A stretch of DNA of 63,973 nucleotides, counting the filler, from Reticulomyxa filosa (lineage: Eukaryota > Protista > Foraminifera): the NCBI GenBank assembly GCA_000512085.1. It is 15 parts of 15 records of this genome, joined end to end, with 100 filler letters (N's around TTAATTAATTAA, not from the genome) between each part and the next. Parts side by side here need not be neighbours in the genome. Positions count along the whole stretch, not along the records: positions 40,235 to 54,405 come from ASPP01006876.1; positions 54,506 to 55,705 come from ASPP01029276.1; positions 55,806 to 60,397 come from ASPP01008244.1; positions 60,498 to 62,826 come from ASPP01009350.1; positions 62,927 to 63,973 come from ASPP01015432.1; 10 more parts are not named here. One strand, written 5' to 3'. Positions 53,040 through 63,973 of this stretch are shown here, piece by piece. Both the position numbers and the translations under genes were made by a program. How positions within the stretch are numbered: the first letter of the stretch is position 1; every line of letters starts with the position of its first letter. A model generated the notes under the pieces. The model saw only the letters and a list, made by a program, of their open reading frames with translations. It was not told where the DNA came from and did no database searches.

Positions 53040-53420
53040 TATAAGTCGAGACAACCAACGATTGTAAAAATAATTTATGCTTTTCCATGTGAACAGTCAG
53101 AGGTGATTACAGTATAGATTATAAAACGAATAATACAAGCCATTGTTTTCGGAGTGTTGAAGCATAAGAATATTGAAATTCAATATACTTCTTTCTTACA
53201 TTATTATCATAATAATAGTCAAAATGCAATTTATTCTTCATCAAGTGACAATAACATTCGTTTTTAGGATTTCAAACATAATAAGAAATTACAAATATTT
53301 AATCAACATACTGAAGGTGTTTGTGGCATTGAATTTCATCATTTAATAGTGGTAGATATTTTTTGTTCTGGATTATATGATAAAATCATTATATATAGGA
53401 CATTGAATAATCAAGTAATT
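53040..53420 (+). pseudogene. Degraded WD40-repeat gene fragment
   Basis: Broken frames read SSSSDNNIRF*DFKHNKKLQIFNQHTEGVCGIEF..FNSGRY..CSGLYDKII, with an in-frame stop replacing the W of a WD. Confidence 0.8.
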
Positions 53421-54049
53421 GAATGTATTCAAAAATATTGGAAATGTGATCTTGGTCTACTTCGAAATTTATCAAAGTATTCACATTTAGCTACATTAAA
53501 TCCAATACAAATGTTTTTCTCTTGAATTGCTTGTTTGGCATTATTTGGTAATCTTTCCATTTCTCAAAATTAAACTCAATTTCTTCAAGAGTTTCTTTGA
53601 TTTATTGTTCTGATTCTCGAATAGATACATTCTTGAACAGAACAATTTTGTTGATATCTGGATTCGTTGTTGCTTCATTTCTTCTCTTTTTCTGATCTTC
53701 TACATATCCAAAATTGTAGATAGCGCATTTTGGAGTTCTTGTTTCTTTGATTCATCTACATTCTCTTTTAAAAAAAAAATTAATATTTACCACACATTCA
53801 TCATTAATATTAACTTTTCTTAAAAAGTTGTACTTTGAAAGAGATTGCAGTTGGAAGTGTCAAGATACTTCGACATATCTTAAGTTATGAAGAAAGGATT
53901 TCAAACGTCGTCTAGGCCAAGAAAATTTCGGGCCAAGAAAGAAAGAAAATTCTAACTAGAAAATTTTTAACTGATATAAAATTTTTTTTATAGTATGACT
54001 TTAAATATTTTTGTTACCCTTTGGCAACGTTTTTTGTTGCCGTTCATTT

Positions 54050-54374
54050 TTGGGGGCTTCGTCGTCGGTTCAGCATATAGTGTGACTGAGATGTGGAAGT
54101 GCTTTTAAACTTACCGCGTATCTTGTTCTCAGTTGCTTTAAGTGTACCGTGGTGCAAACTACTGTAACTGAGATAGTAACTCTTTTACTGGCAACGGGAG
54201 ATTTGTTTGAGAGGGTATCGATCCTTGTTTAGCATTATCGAGGCAAATATCTGTCTTTTGTGTTTGGCAGAACTCCGAGGATCAGGTAACTTCTACTGAA
54301 ACTCGAAACCCACTCGCTGATAACAAGGCTTGTGAAGGCGACCCGACGGCCGAGGCAAGGCGTTTTTACCCCAA
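54050..54374 (+). ncRNA. Candidate structured RNA or mobile-element terminus (eight hairpins closed by a long-range helix)
   Basis: GC-richer and ORF-free. Complementary stems with many G-U pairs on the + strand (listed in findings). No known family recognised. Confidence 0.4.
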
Positions 54375-55652
54375 TCGGCTATACTGCAAGCCATGCTGGG
54401 CAAAANNNNNNNNNNNNNNNNNNNNNNNNNNNNNNNNNNNNNNNNNNNNTTAATTAATTAANNNNNNNNNNNNNNNNNNNNNNNNNNNNNNNNNNNNNNN
54501 NNNNNCACGAATATTATTTTTTCTATTGGACAGAATTCTTCTTTTTGTCTTTGCAAAAAGTTAACAAATTTCTAAAACTCTACAAAGAGAATATGAGTAT
54601 AGTTAATGAAAGAAAATGAATTTTTTAGTATTTTTGCTTTTTTACTAGCAAACGAGGTTTTGTTTCTCCATAAAAAAAACTTTTTTGGGATCAACAAGAA
54701 TTTTTTGGTTTTAATTTCTAGTTTACTCAACATTATAGGAAATGTGCAGTAATCCACCAACTATGTTTTTTTTTGCACATTCTGCAAAAAGGATTTTTTT
54801 GTATATCTTATTTATTTATTTTTGATACGTATTTGAGTATTGAATTATTTGGAAAGTTAGTATTGTTCTGAATAAAACAATCAATAGATTATTACTTAAT
54901 ACATCAAGATGCCTTTTATTACATGTTGATCTGATTATTTTTTTTTTGGATTAAAAAATTACAAATCAGAAAATTCCATTTCTTTCTTCCAAGCTTTTTA
55001 GAAGGACGAATTAATGTTCAAATAAATTCCACTCCAATTTAAAAAATTGTTTGCAAGTGGATAGCTATTTTTTTACTCTAATTTTATCCTTTTCTAACAA
55101 AAGTCTACTCCAAAAAAAAAACTAGATAAAAGATTGGATTAAAATTGACTCTTCCGAGTTCAAATAATTTGTAGTTTCTATTTTAAAAATAATGAATAAC
55201 TTAATCTTAGTGTAATTTAAAAAAGCAGTATAAGTTTATTAAACTATTTCACATTAATTGATGAAAATACATTATTTATGCAGTTTTAATGTTTCAAAGT
55301 CGAATATTTAAATTTTTACTCTTCACGATTTAAAAACAGAAACAAACACACACAAAGTTTATAAAAGTTGTGTTAAATTACACTTTTCCTTTTTTATTTT
55401 CAAACTTCTCCAAAAACTACAAAACACTATTTTCAAAGTTTTTGTAAAATCTTTTTAAAAAGAAACGTGTGATACACTTGTATACTAAGTTTTGTACAAA
55501 TTTTTAAAAATTTCTTGTCTTTATAAAAAAAAAATTACGTGTATTATCAAAATCCTATTTCACGTTGCCAAAACATTTTTGAAAACTCCTTTCATCATCC
55601 TTGAGAAAAAAAAGTTCAATATCTCGTCAAAAACAATCTTAAGCAAAAACAA

Positions 55653-55705
55653 AATGATAAAACTTAGCAATGAGAACCAAACTTCAACACAAATAGTGTT
55701 GGTAA
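55653..55705 (+). CDS. Possible first exon of a gene truncated by the contig end
   Basis: ATG..LSNENQTSTQIVL then GTAA donor-like site. Very little sequence available. Confidence 0.25.
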
Positions 55706-55843
55706 NNNNNNNNNNNNNNNNNNNNNNNNNNNNNNNNNNNNNNNNNNNNTTAATTAATTAANNNNNNNNNNNNNNNNNNNNNNNNNNNNNNNNNNNNNNN
55801 NNNNNCTTCTGTTCCTCTCTCTCTCTCCTTGTCATCCCACAGA

Positions 55844-58800
55844 ATGTGGAACTGGAATCTCTGCTGATGAATCTATTAGGCTACTCGGCATTCGATTTGA
55901 TAACTGGCTTAATTCAAAAGCGAAAAGAAATTTGCAAACATTTGCACCGCAATGTCCGCCCAGTGGAACTCAATCGTGGACAACCCAACCGTGAACAACC
56001 CGAGACTGCCCCATTTCAAACGTTTCAATCGGACAACCCATATGGGGCGTCCTTCAGCGTCACCACAGCCTCGTCCCTCAATCAGTCCAGACGGAAAAAA
56101 AAGGGCGCCAAGAAAAAGCAAAAGTCCACCACCACCACCATAGCTCCGCATGAGTCTAGCTTTCGTGCACTCGAAAACAAGCTCTTGGGAGCGGGGTTCA
56201 AGCGTTCCAACCAAGGCGTGGTCGAGCATGCGCTGCCGGCTAATGCGCAAAGAAAAACACACAACTGTTACGGCAAAGTTCTTGTCATTCCCATTATTTT
56301 TTTACACATACACACAGCATCAAGCAAGGCCAAACACAAACACATTTGAATATATCCACAACACAATACCATTGCAACAGTGGAATCAGGAGGATTTTGG
56401 GAGGAAATTTTTGTCCCTGCCGAGGTTAGATCGCAAGAGTTGAAAGAAGGTCTAGCGTCAGTCAACGATATCTTTCCAGATTGGGCAAAGATCCCTTTCT
56501 TGCCTTTTGGCGTTGAGAAATTAAATGCAATGCAATCGCAGTGCTTCAAACTGGCCTTTGAAAGTAATGCCAATTTGGTAAGGATATTTCCAACAAACAT
56601 TGATCTGTTTTTGTTTTTTTTTAAAAAAAGATCAATGTTTGAGTAAAGAAATAAATAAGTCAACACATTAATCCAAACGACAAACACACATAGCTAATTT
56701 GCGCACCCACCGGCGCTGGTAAAACCAACGTGGCATTAATGGCCATTTTACGAGAAATTGGAGCTAACATGAAGGGTGGGATATTAGCAGTTATGTATTT
56801 CGATTTATTTTTGTTTCATTTTTTTTTTTTTTTTTAAAAAAAAAAAATGATAATAATAATAATAATAATAATAATAATTAGAAAGCAGACAAGTTTAAGA
56901 TAATCTACGTCGCGCCGATGAAAGCATTGGCACAAGAAATAGTGAGGACTTTCAACAAACGCTTGGGGGGCCTTGGAATAGTCTGTCGAGAGTTGACAGG
57001 TGATATGCAGTTAACAAAAACGGAAATCAGTGAGACGCATTTGATCGTGACAACCCCAGAAAAATGGGATGTGATCACGCGCAAGTCGGACGAATTGGTG
57101 AGTGTGGTGAAGTTGCTGATATTGGATGAAGTGCATCTGCTGCACGATGATCGCGGTAGTGTGTTGGAGGCATTGGTGGCACGCACAATTCGCTTAGTCG
57201 AAGTGAATCAATCGATGATTCGAATTGTGGGATTGTCCGCAACACTGCCCAATTATCAAGACGTGGCAACCTTTTTGCGAGCAGAGACCGGCGTCCTCTA
57301 TTTTGATCGACGATACCGACCTGTGCCATTGTCAATGGGATTCATTGGCGCATTTGACAGCAATGCCATCCGCCAAAGGAATATCATTGATTTGGTGTGT
57401 TTCGAAAAGGCAAAAAACTCGGTCAAAGAAGGCCATCAATGCATGGTCTTTGTCCATTCACGCAAAGAGACTATCAAGACATGTGAGATGCTCGATTTAC
57501 AATTTCAAAAAGTTAATTTAAAAAAAGTGTAGGATAAATAATCACATATGTGTATATAATATACATATATATATATATATGTATATGTATATGTACATAT
57601 AATGAAAGGATAAAAGCAGTGAGATATTGCTCCCCGATATCGAAAAGTTTCATAGCGAATGGGAGAAGATAACAAAACGAGCTCACTACGAAATAAACAA
57701 TGATTTGCGCAATCTTTTGAGGAAAGGCTTTGGAGCACATCATGCAGGTATGCCAAGACATGAACGTACGCTCGTGGAGAGGCTGTTCGAAATTGGGTTC
57801 ATTCGCATCCTGTGCTGCACAGCGACATTGGCCTGGGGAGTGAACCTGCCCGCTCATACGGTGATCATCAAAGGCACACAGATTTATGACACGAAAAAAG
57901 GAGGGTTTGTGGATGTTGGTATCTTAGATGTGATGCAAATCTTTGGTCGCGCGGGACGTCCTCAGTATGACACGTCCGGAGAAGCTTTCATTATCACAGA
58001 CCACGATAAAGTCCGGCAGTACCAAACCCTGTTGACTCATCAACTGCCAATTGAATCCAACTTCATCAACGAACTGCCAAACCATTTGAACGCCGAAATT
58101 GTGTTGGGAAGTGTCACCAATTTGAACGAAGCCATCATGTGGCTTACTTACACTTATCTGTACGTTCGAATGTTGAAGAACCCCTTGGCTTATGGTGTCA
58201 GTTTTGAAGAGCTTAGCGAAGACCCGCACTTGTACTTGCACCGCAAAAAACTTTTGGAAGACGCTGCCTTGACATTGGCAAAGCATAAGATGGCACGTTT
58301 CGAGTATGTTCGATTATGTTTGAAATATTCGATTTTAAATTTTTTTAAAAATATATTATATATACATATATATATATATACATATATGTATATATTTATG
58401 TATATGTATGTATGTACATGTATATATAATTGTACGTATAGTGCGGCAGAAAACTTTTTCCCGACAGACATTGGGAGAATAGCCTCGCATTATTATATCG
58501 ACTTTGAGACAGTTGGAACATGGAACGAGACGCTGAAGCCTCGAATGAGCATTGAAGAGATATTAAAGGCGGTGTGCAGCGCAACCGAGTTCAAGCAGCT
58601 GAAGGTGAGAGAAGACGAAGAAAGCGAGTTAGCGAAACTGTACAACACATCCCATTGCTGTCCATATAAAGTATTGGAAGACCATCGCGAACCAGTGGGC
58701 AAGTCGATTATCTTGTTGCAAGTTCACATTGGCAGACAAGCGCATCTTGTCCGACATCAAACACTTCGCAACGATTTACTGTACATTGACCAGAACGCGC

Positions 58801-60320
58801 CAAGAGTGGCAAGGGCACTATTTGAAATTGCCTTGCGAATGGGCTGGGGCGCATTGGCTTTCGACGCACTGCAGATGTGTCAAGTGATAGAGCACAAGGT
58901 GTGGCATCATTTGACACCGTTGCGACAGTTTGTGCAAATGAAGCCGGTGTTGGCAAGCAAAATTGAGTCGACCCGTCTGAAAATAGAGGATTTTGATGAG
59001 TACAATGCCAATGACTTGGGCCAGTTAATTCGAGAGAGCAAAGCGGGACAAGTAGTCAAGCGACTGGCTTCGACGATCCCTCGTGTCGATATCGAGGCCG
59101 TCGCAAAGCCAATCACGCGAACGTTGCTTGCAGTTGACATCAATGTCACTCCCTTGTTTCGATGGATACGAAATCAGCACGGCACCACACAGTCGTTCTG
59201 GCTTTGGGTAGACGATGCTTTTAATGACACGATTTATCATTACGAACTCTATAGCATGAGTCAAAAAGACTATCAAGAGTCGGACAAGGAGCCACTCAAG
59301 GTCGCCATTGTCTTGCCCGTGCCAGAGCAGTCGAGGACCACCATGAAGCCATCGCAGTATCAAATCCACATGGTCAGTGACTTTTGGCTGGGCTCTCATG
59401 CCTTGTACAGTATGTCATTCCAACATTTGATTTTGCCAGACATGTATCCTCCAGAGACAGAGCTGCTGGATTTGAATCCTTTGCCGAGCAAGGCCTTGCA
59501 AAACGAGCAATTCGAAAAGCTGTTTGGCTTTAAATATTTCAACCCAATTCAAACGCAAGTATTTTTTGTGGCGTATCGCACGGACAACAATATTTTGCTA
59601 GGAGCCCCTACGGGGTCGGGCAAGACTGTCATTGCCGAATTGTGTTTGATGCGACAGCTGCAAACGCTGCCTGAGAAGAAGACCATTTATATTGCCCCTT
59701 TGAAAGCCTTGGCACGAGAACGATATAAAGCATGGAAAGACAAGTTTGGCGACCAAATGAATCTAAAAGTGATTATGTTGACTGGTGATATGACTCCAGA
59801 TCGCAAAGCCATTGACGAGGCCAACATCATCATTACAACTCCAGAAAAGTGGGACGGTGTGTCGAGATATTGGAGGGAACGCTCGTATGTCCGCAAAGTG
59901 GGCCTGATTGTACTGGACGAAATACATTTGCTGGGCTTGGACCGTGGACCTATTTTGGAAGTTATTGTTTCGCGATTAAAGTTTGTGCAGCAAAGATCCA
60001 ATTCCAAAGTTCGACTCTTGGGACTGTCCACCGCTTTGGCCAACGCCGAAGATTTGGGTGATTGGTTGGAAGTAGGTCGTCTTGGACTGTTCAATTTCCC
60101 TGCCTCGCAAAGACCTGTGCCTTGCACGGTGCATATCAACGGCTATCCTGGCAAGCACTATTGTCCTCGCATGCAAACCATGAATAAACCTACGTATCAC
60201 GCCATCAAGTCTTATTCGCCGCAAAAGCCCGTGTTGGTCTTTGTTTCATCGCGTCGACAAACGCGATTGACTGCAATTGATCTCATTTCTTTTGTGTGTC
60301 GAGATCAAAAGTCAAGCCAA
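55844..60320 (+). CDS. ASCC3: Activating signal cointegrator 1 complex subunit 3 (Slh1/Rqt2) dual Ski2-like helicase, multi-exon, truncated both ends
   Basis: Cassette 1 [37 protein letters not shown]. Sec63 region. Cassette 2 [12 protein letters not shown], and [15 protein letters not shown], which is characteristic of ASCC3 rather than Brr2. Confidence 0.92.
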
Positions 60321-60548
60321 GTTACGAAATTTCTAAATTTCTTATTTGTTTATTTTGCTTTATACAACAACCACTTTGTATTGTTTGATAAATGGGGNNN
60401 NNNNNNNNNNNNNNNNNNNNNNNNNNNNNNNNNNNNNNNNNTTAATTAATTAANNNNNNNNNNNNNNNNNNNNNNNNNNNNNNNNNNNNNNNNNNNNAAT
60501 AAATAATAAATAATAAATAATAAATAATAAATAATAAATAATAATCAG

Positions 60549-61696
60549 CTGCTCATTTCAATTTGGCAATATTGTTAGTAGATGAGTTTAATGACTTTCC
60601 AAAGGCAGAACAGCACTTTCAACATGCGATATTATTGGAACCTTGGTATTTGTTATATCGTATGGCCTATGCAGAGTTCCTTTGGCATGATTGCCACCGC
60701 TATCAGGACTGCTTAAATCAGTACCAATTGATCCTCTCGCATGAGAAGCCATCGACGATCAATATCAACACGAACGTCGGTAGTAACAACAACTTGGGCA
60801 TGGCGGATTCCTCGAAATGCTTCTTTGATTCGCGCAACGTCGTCGACGTTCGGTTCAATTATGCATTGCTACTGAGAGACCATTTTCATCGTCTTCAAGA
60901 CGCAGTCCAACAGTTGCAGTTGCTGCTGCAATTGAATCCGAATGACTCGGACGTCCAATCCGAATTGGAAACTACAAAGGCTTTATTGCAAGCCTCTTCC
61001 ACTGCAAATGAGTTGACGACACCTTCCAATTCGACTGATGTCGACGGTAAAACCAAACATCCAAAATCCACTCGCAATTCCTCTTTTCGCTTGTTAAGTA
61101 CAAATGTGAGAAAATCGCCGTGCACATGTGAACGGGTGTCAAACAAAAAAATCAAACACAACATTTTATATGTTACAGATCCAATCACGAAATCCCATTT
61201 GTCATTGTGTCGGATGAACATAACAATTCATCCAAACAGTCCCAATCTCAAATCGAACAAGCCAAACATCTCAACTCCAAATTACGACAAGATCTCGATC
61301 AGCAAAAAAACAATTAAATGCATTGCACATCTTTATCTTACAACAAAACCAAGTGCTTTCCCGAGTTTTGTAATTCTCATTTTCGTTTTATTTTTTGCTA
61401 TTTTTAATATATACATATACATATATGTGTATATGTATATATGTATATTTGTAATAGTTAACAGAAGAACATTCAAAATCTATTGAAAAGCTTTGTCAGT
61501 CTGGAAACAAACTCATTATTAAAAAAGCTGACGATGTTGTTCAATTGTTACACTTATTTAAATCTATTCATGATGATTTACCTACCATGTTAATATATCA
61601 TATCTTTATACCTCTTTCTAAATATCCAAGATTTGCATATATGTGCTTGTTTATATATTATTCACTATGCTTTGATTTGCCAAATTTTTCCAAATA
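60549..61696 (+). CDS. TPR-containing protein, C-terminal exons (3' end approximate)
   Basis: HFNLAILL..KAEQHFQHAILLEP and VRFNYALLL..LQLNPND TPR motifs, followed by a coiled-coil-like exon. Confidence 0.65.
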
Positions 61697-62037
61697 GGGA
61701 AGACCCTTTGCCTGTTGAACCTCTTTCTGTCGAAAATTTGCTTGAATTACCATCGGATCAACTCTCTTAAACACTATATAACACATGCTCGTTTTTTGTT
61801 TGAAATTTTTCTCTTTAAAGAAAGAGTTGAATTTGTTTGTGATCTTTCAAATTATTGTATAAATATCACTCTAAAAAAAAACCATTTTCTCTTCACAATT
61901 TTCTGTGCACAAGGAAAGTCAATCAATTATTACGACACAATATTCTTTTTATCCACAAATGTATCGAAAAAGATTAAATAATTCCAAAGTATTTGTTGTA
62001 AAAAAAAACACTTAGCACATCAATCAACAATATTAAA

Positions 62038-62352
62038 TGACAGAACAAAGCAGCCAAAAGCAAATACCGACATCACAATCCTTTGAAACGTCAAACCATG
62101 CCCACCTCGCTTACGTCTACTCAGCGTGTGACGCACAACCACGAAACTCTAATTTGTAGTGGCTATAATAACAACGAATGTTACTCGTACGATACGCTCA
62201 CCGACGAGTACAAACGTATCTGTTTTTATCCAAAGAGTGCAGTCCTAAGTGGACATTGCGTGGTGAAACATACGAACAAGAGCAGTCCTTGCTTTGTGTC
62301 CAACACGACAAAGGATTCAGCCGTAATTCATACAAACAAAAAAGAAACATAA
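62038..62352 (+). pseudogene. Truncated, frameshifted Kelch-like family fragment
   Basis: HNHETLICSGYNNNECYSYDTLTDEYKRICFYPKSAVLSGHCVVK is the first blade of an expanded foraminiferan Kelch-like family (recalled). The upstream ATG is out of frame and the ORF ends early. Confidence 0.65.
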
Positions 62353-63469
62353 CATGACCTTGTTTTCTCAAAACATAGGACCGTCAATTGAATGTGATAA
62401 AGATAACAATGCATTTATATTTGACAATGCACGTGTTCATACAACGATGAGGCCATTCTGTGCGTATGCTTATGTGCGTATTCACGATGTAATTTCCTTG
62501 TTTGATGGGGATAGCGGTCTCTACACGTGATACAGTATGTTGCAAAGAAAACTGAACGCATAAAACGATATCTTATGATGATAATTGATTTTCTCCATAA
62601 AAAATCAACATTTAAACCTAATTTTTTTTTAAAAATATCTACAAATCTTATAATTTTTAAATATGATATTAATTTTTTAATAACTTTTTTTTTGTTGGAT
62701 GAAATCACAATTCTTTCAAATGATTTTTGAAAATTCTGCGAGAATACATATCATTTGCACTTTTATTAAAATTAAGAAATTTTTAAATCTTTTTGTTTTC
62801 ATTTTAGGAATCTTCAAGTCACGTAGNNNNNNNNNNNNNNNNNNNNNNNNNNNNNNNNNNNNNNNNNNNNTTAATTAATTAANNNNNNNNNNNNNNNNNN
62901 NNNNNNNNNNNNNNNNNNNNNNNNNNTTTGTTACTTCTTTTCAACTCCTCACTTTTGGAGGCAAAATATCCACTCAACATTGCTTTAACAGCGTCTTTTT
63001 GTTAGATATAATATATAGGTCTATTATACAAAATCTTTGATAACAAGTTTTCCAATGAAAACTCGAGAGTTATATGGTTGCAAAGAGTTTTTCTTAGGAG
63101 GTCAGGGTGTTCAAACACGGCCAGAGGCTCAGATGATGATATTATCCCTTTATTAACAAAATGAAATACATTAACTTGGAGTTTCGGTTTTGTTGGATGA
63201 AAACCCAATTTTATATTATTTAATTTTTTAACTTTAAAAAAGGATTTAAAATCCTCTTTTTGAAGTGAATAATTTCTGCATTTTGGCAATTGATCCGCCG
63301 CCTCCTCTAATGATGCAAAATTATGGTCCTATAATGGCAGGTAAGAAATGACGACAAATAAAAAGTCGTAGGGGGCACACTTTCACCTTAAAATATTTGT
63401 GCACGTGCACAAACATGTCTTGACTAACAGAAGAGGAAGCTTATCGATATTTCCACTCTTCAAAAGAGA

Positions 63470-63973
63470 ATGATGGAAAAAGTGACGGTTTTGAAGTACG
63501 TTGCAACTTTTTTTTTGTCAGTTTCAAAAAAATAACTTTTTTTTTTTGAAATAACAATTGAAAATCGAAAAAGAAAAACAGAATAGCGATTGAAGATGGC
63601 CGTATTGAGATAAGGATGACAAAGAACGGTTCCGAGTGTTACGGCGAAGTAGTCGATTGGAGTGCAGATGGTCTTGCCTGTACATTGCCAGTCTACTTTG
63701 ATCGGAACGAAGAAGGACACAATATGCATGTTTGCATCGACGAGACGAGCCGTCGCTATCAATGCATCTACGTAGGTGCAAGCGGATGTTATGGTGGCAT
63801 GCAAAGCGAGAACGCGAACGCAAGCAAAGACGACGCAGCAGCACGTGAGGAAAGTCGAGAGTATGCCAAAGAAATGAAGACGCTGTTGCGACTATTTGGT
63901 GATGCCGTCAGCAAAAATGAATTGCAGCAAAAAATGGAACAACATCATGGAAACATCGAATCCATCATTAAAG
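63470..63973 (+). CDS. Hypothetical protein, spliced, running off the window end (absent from the ORF track)
   Basis: ATG 63470 and GT-AG intron 63496-63581 give MMEKVTVLKIAIEDGRIE...YAKEMKTLLRLFGDAVSKNELQQKMEQHHGNIESIIK with no stop. Confidence 0.65.

Noticed and set aside
54296-54340. Hammerhead ribozyme (CTGATAA..GAAG; CTGAAA..GAAAC)
   Set aside because: The core lacks the required CUGANGA and GAAA with proper stems I and III.
54050-54405. SRP RNA, U3, U5, RNase P/MRP or telomerase RNA identity for the structured element
   Set aside because: Only fragmentary resemblances. There is no SRP helix-8 AGCAG, no correctly placed P4 partner, no exact U5 loop and no telomeric template.
54506-55650. 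AT-rich contig as an organellar or regulatory element
   Set aside because: No ORF, RNA motif or repeat structure that I can support.
55844-60320. Brr2/SNRNP200 assignment
   Set aside because: The second cassette has intact Walker motifs and the GxPGxHYCPRM signature of ASCC3.
12418-62926. Recurrent TTAATTAATTAA as a CRISPR repeat, telomere or IES signal
   Set aside because: It is always centred in exactly 88 Ns, so it is an artificial concatenation linker.

Overview
The window is not one locus. It is 15 short contigs joined by an artificial 100-bp linker (N44-TTAATTAATTAA-N44, stops in all six frames), so adjacency across a linker carries no biological meaning. Fourteen contigs are AT-rich, intron-rich eukaryotic DNA. 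Their degenerate WD40 and Kelch-like family relics and homopolymer-rich introns resemble the foraminiferan Reticulomyxa filosa (inference from recalled family motifs, not from a search). One contig (16189-17520) is GC-rich bacterial DNA carrying zur and a SAM methyltransferase. Recognisable genes: SAPS/PP6 regulatory subunit, anoctamin, CDC48, LisH-CTLH protein, PGAP4-like glycosyltransferase, AGC kinase, M20 peptidase, TPR proteins, SIN3, UAS-UBX protein, FMO, CAMK-group kinase, FHA protein, TAF1C/Rrn6-like protein and ASCC3. The strongest candidate for a new system is a single spliced gene (~48658-52503). It fuses a caspase-like CHAT protease with an intact His/Cys dyad, an NB-ARC/STAND-type NTPase and a STAT-type linker plus SH2 domain, suggesting an NLR-like protease gated by phosphotyrosine. 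It lies head-to-head with a multi-TM gene. Also notable are a ~330-nt, G-U-rich multi-hairpin RNA-like element (54050-54374), a SCAB-type Ig-PH plus mu-homology fusion, and an A-to-T synonymous-codon switch along AT-rich genes. Exon boundaries were placed by eye, and several apparent frameshifts sit in homopolymers and are probably sequencing errors.
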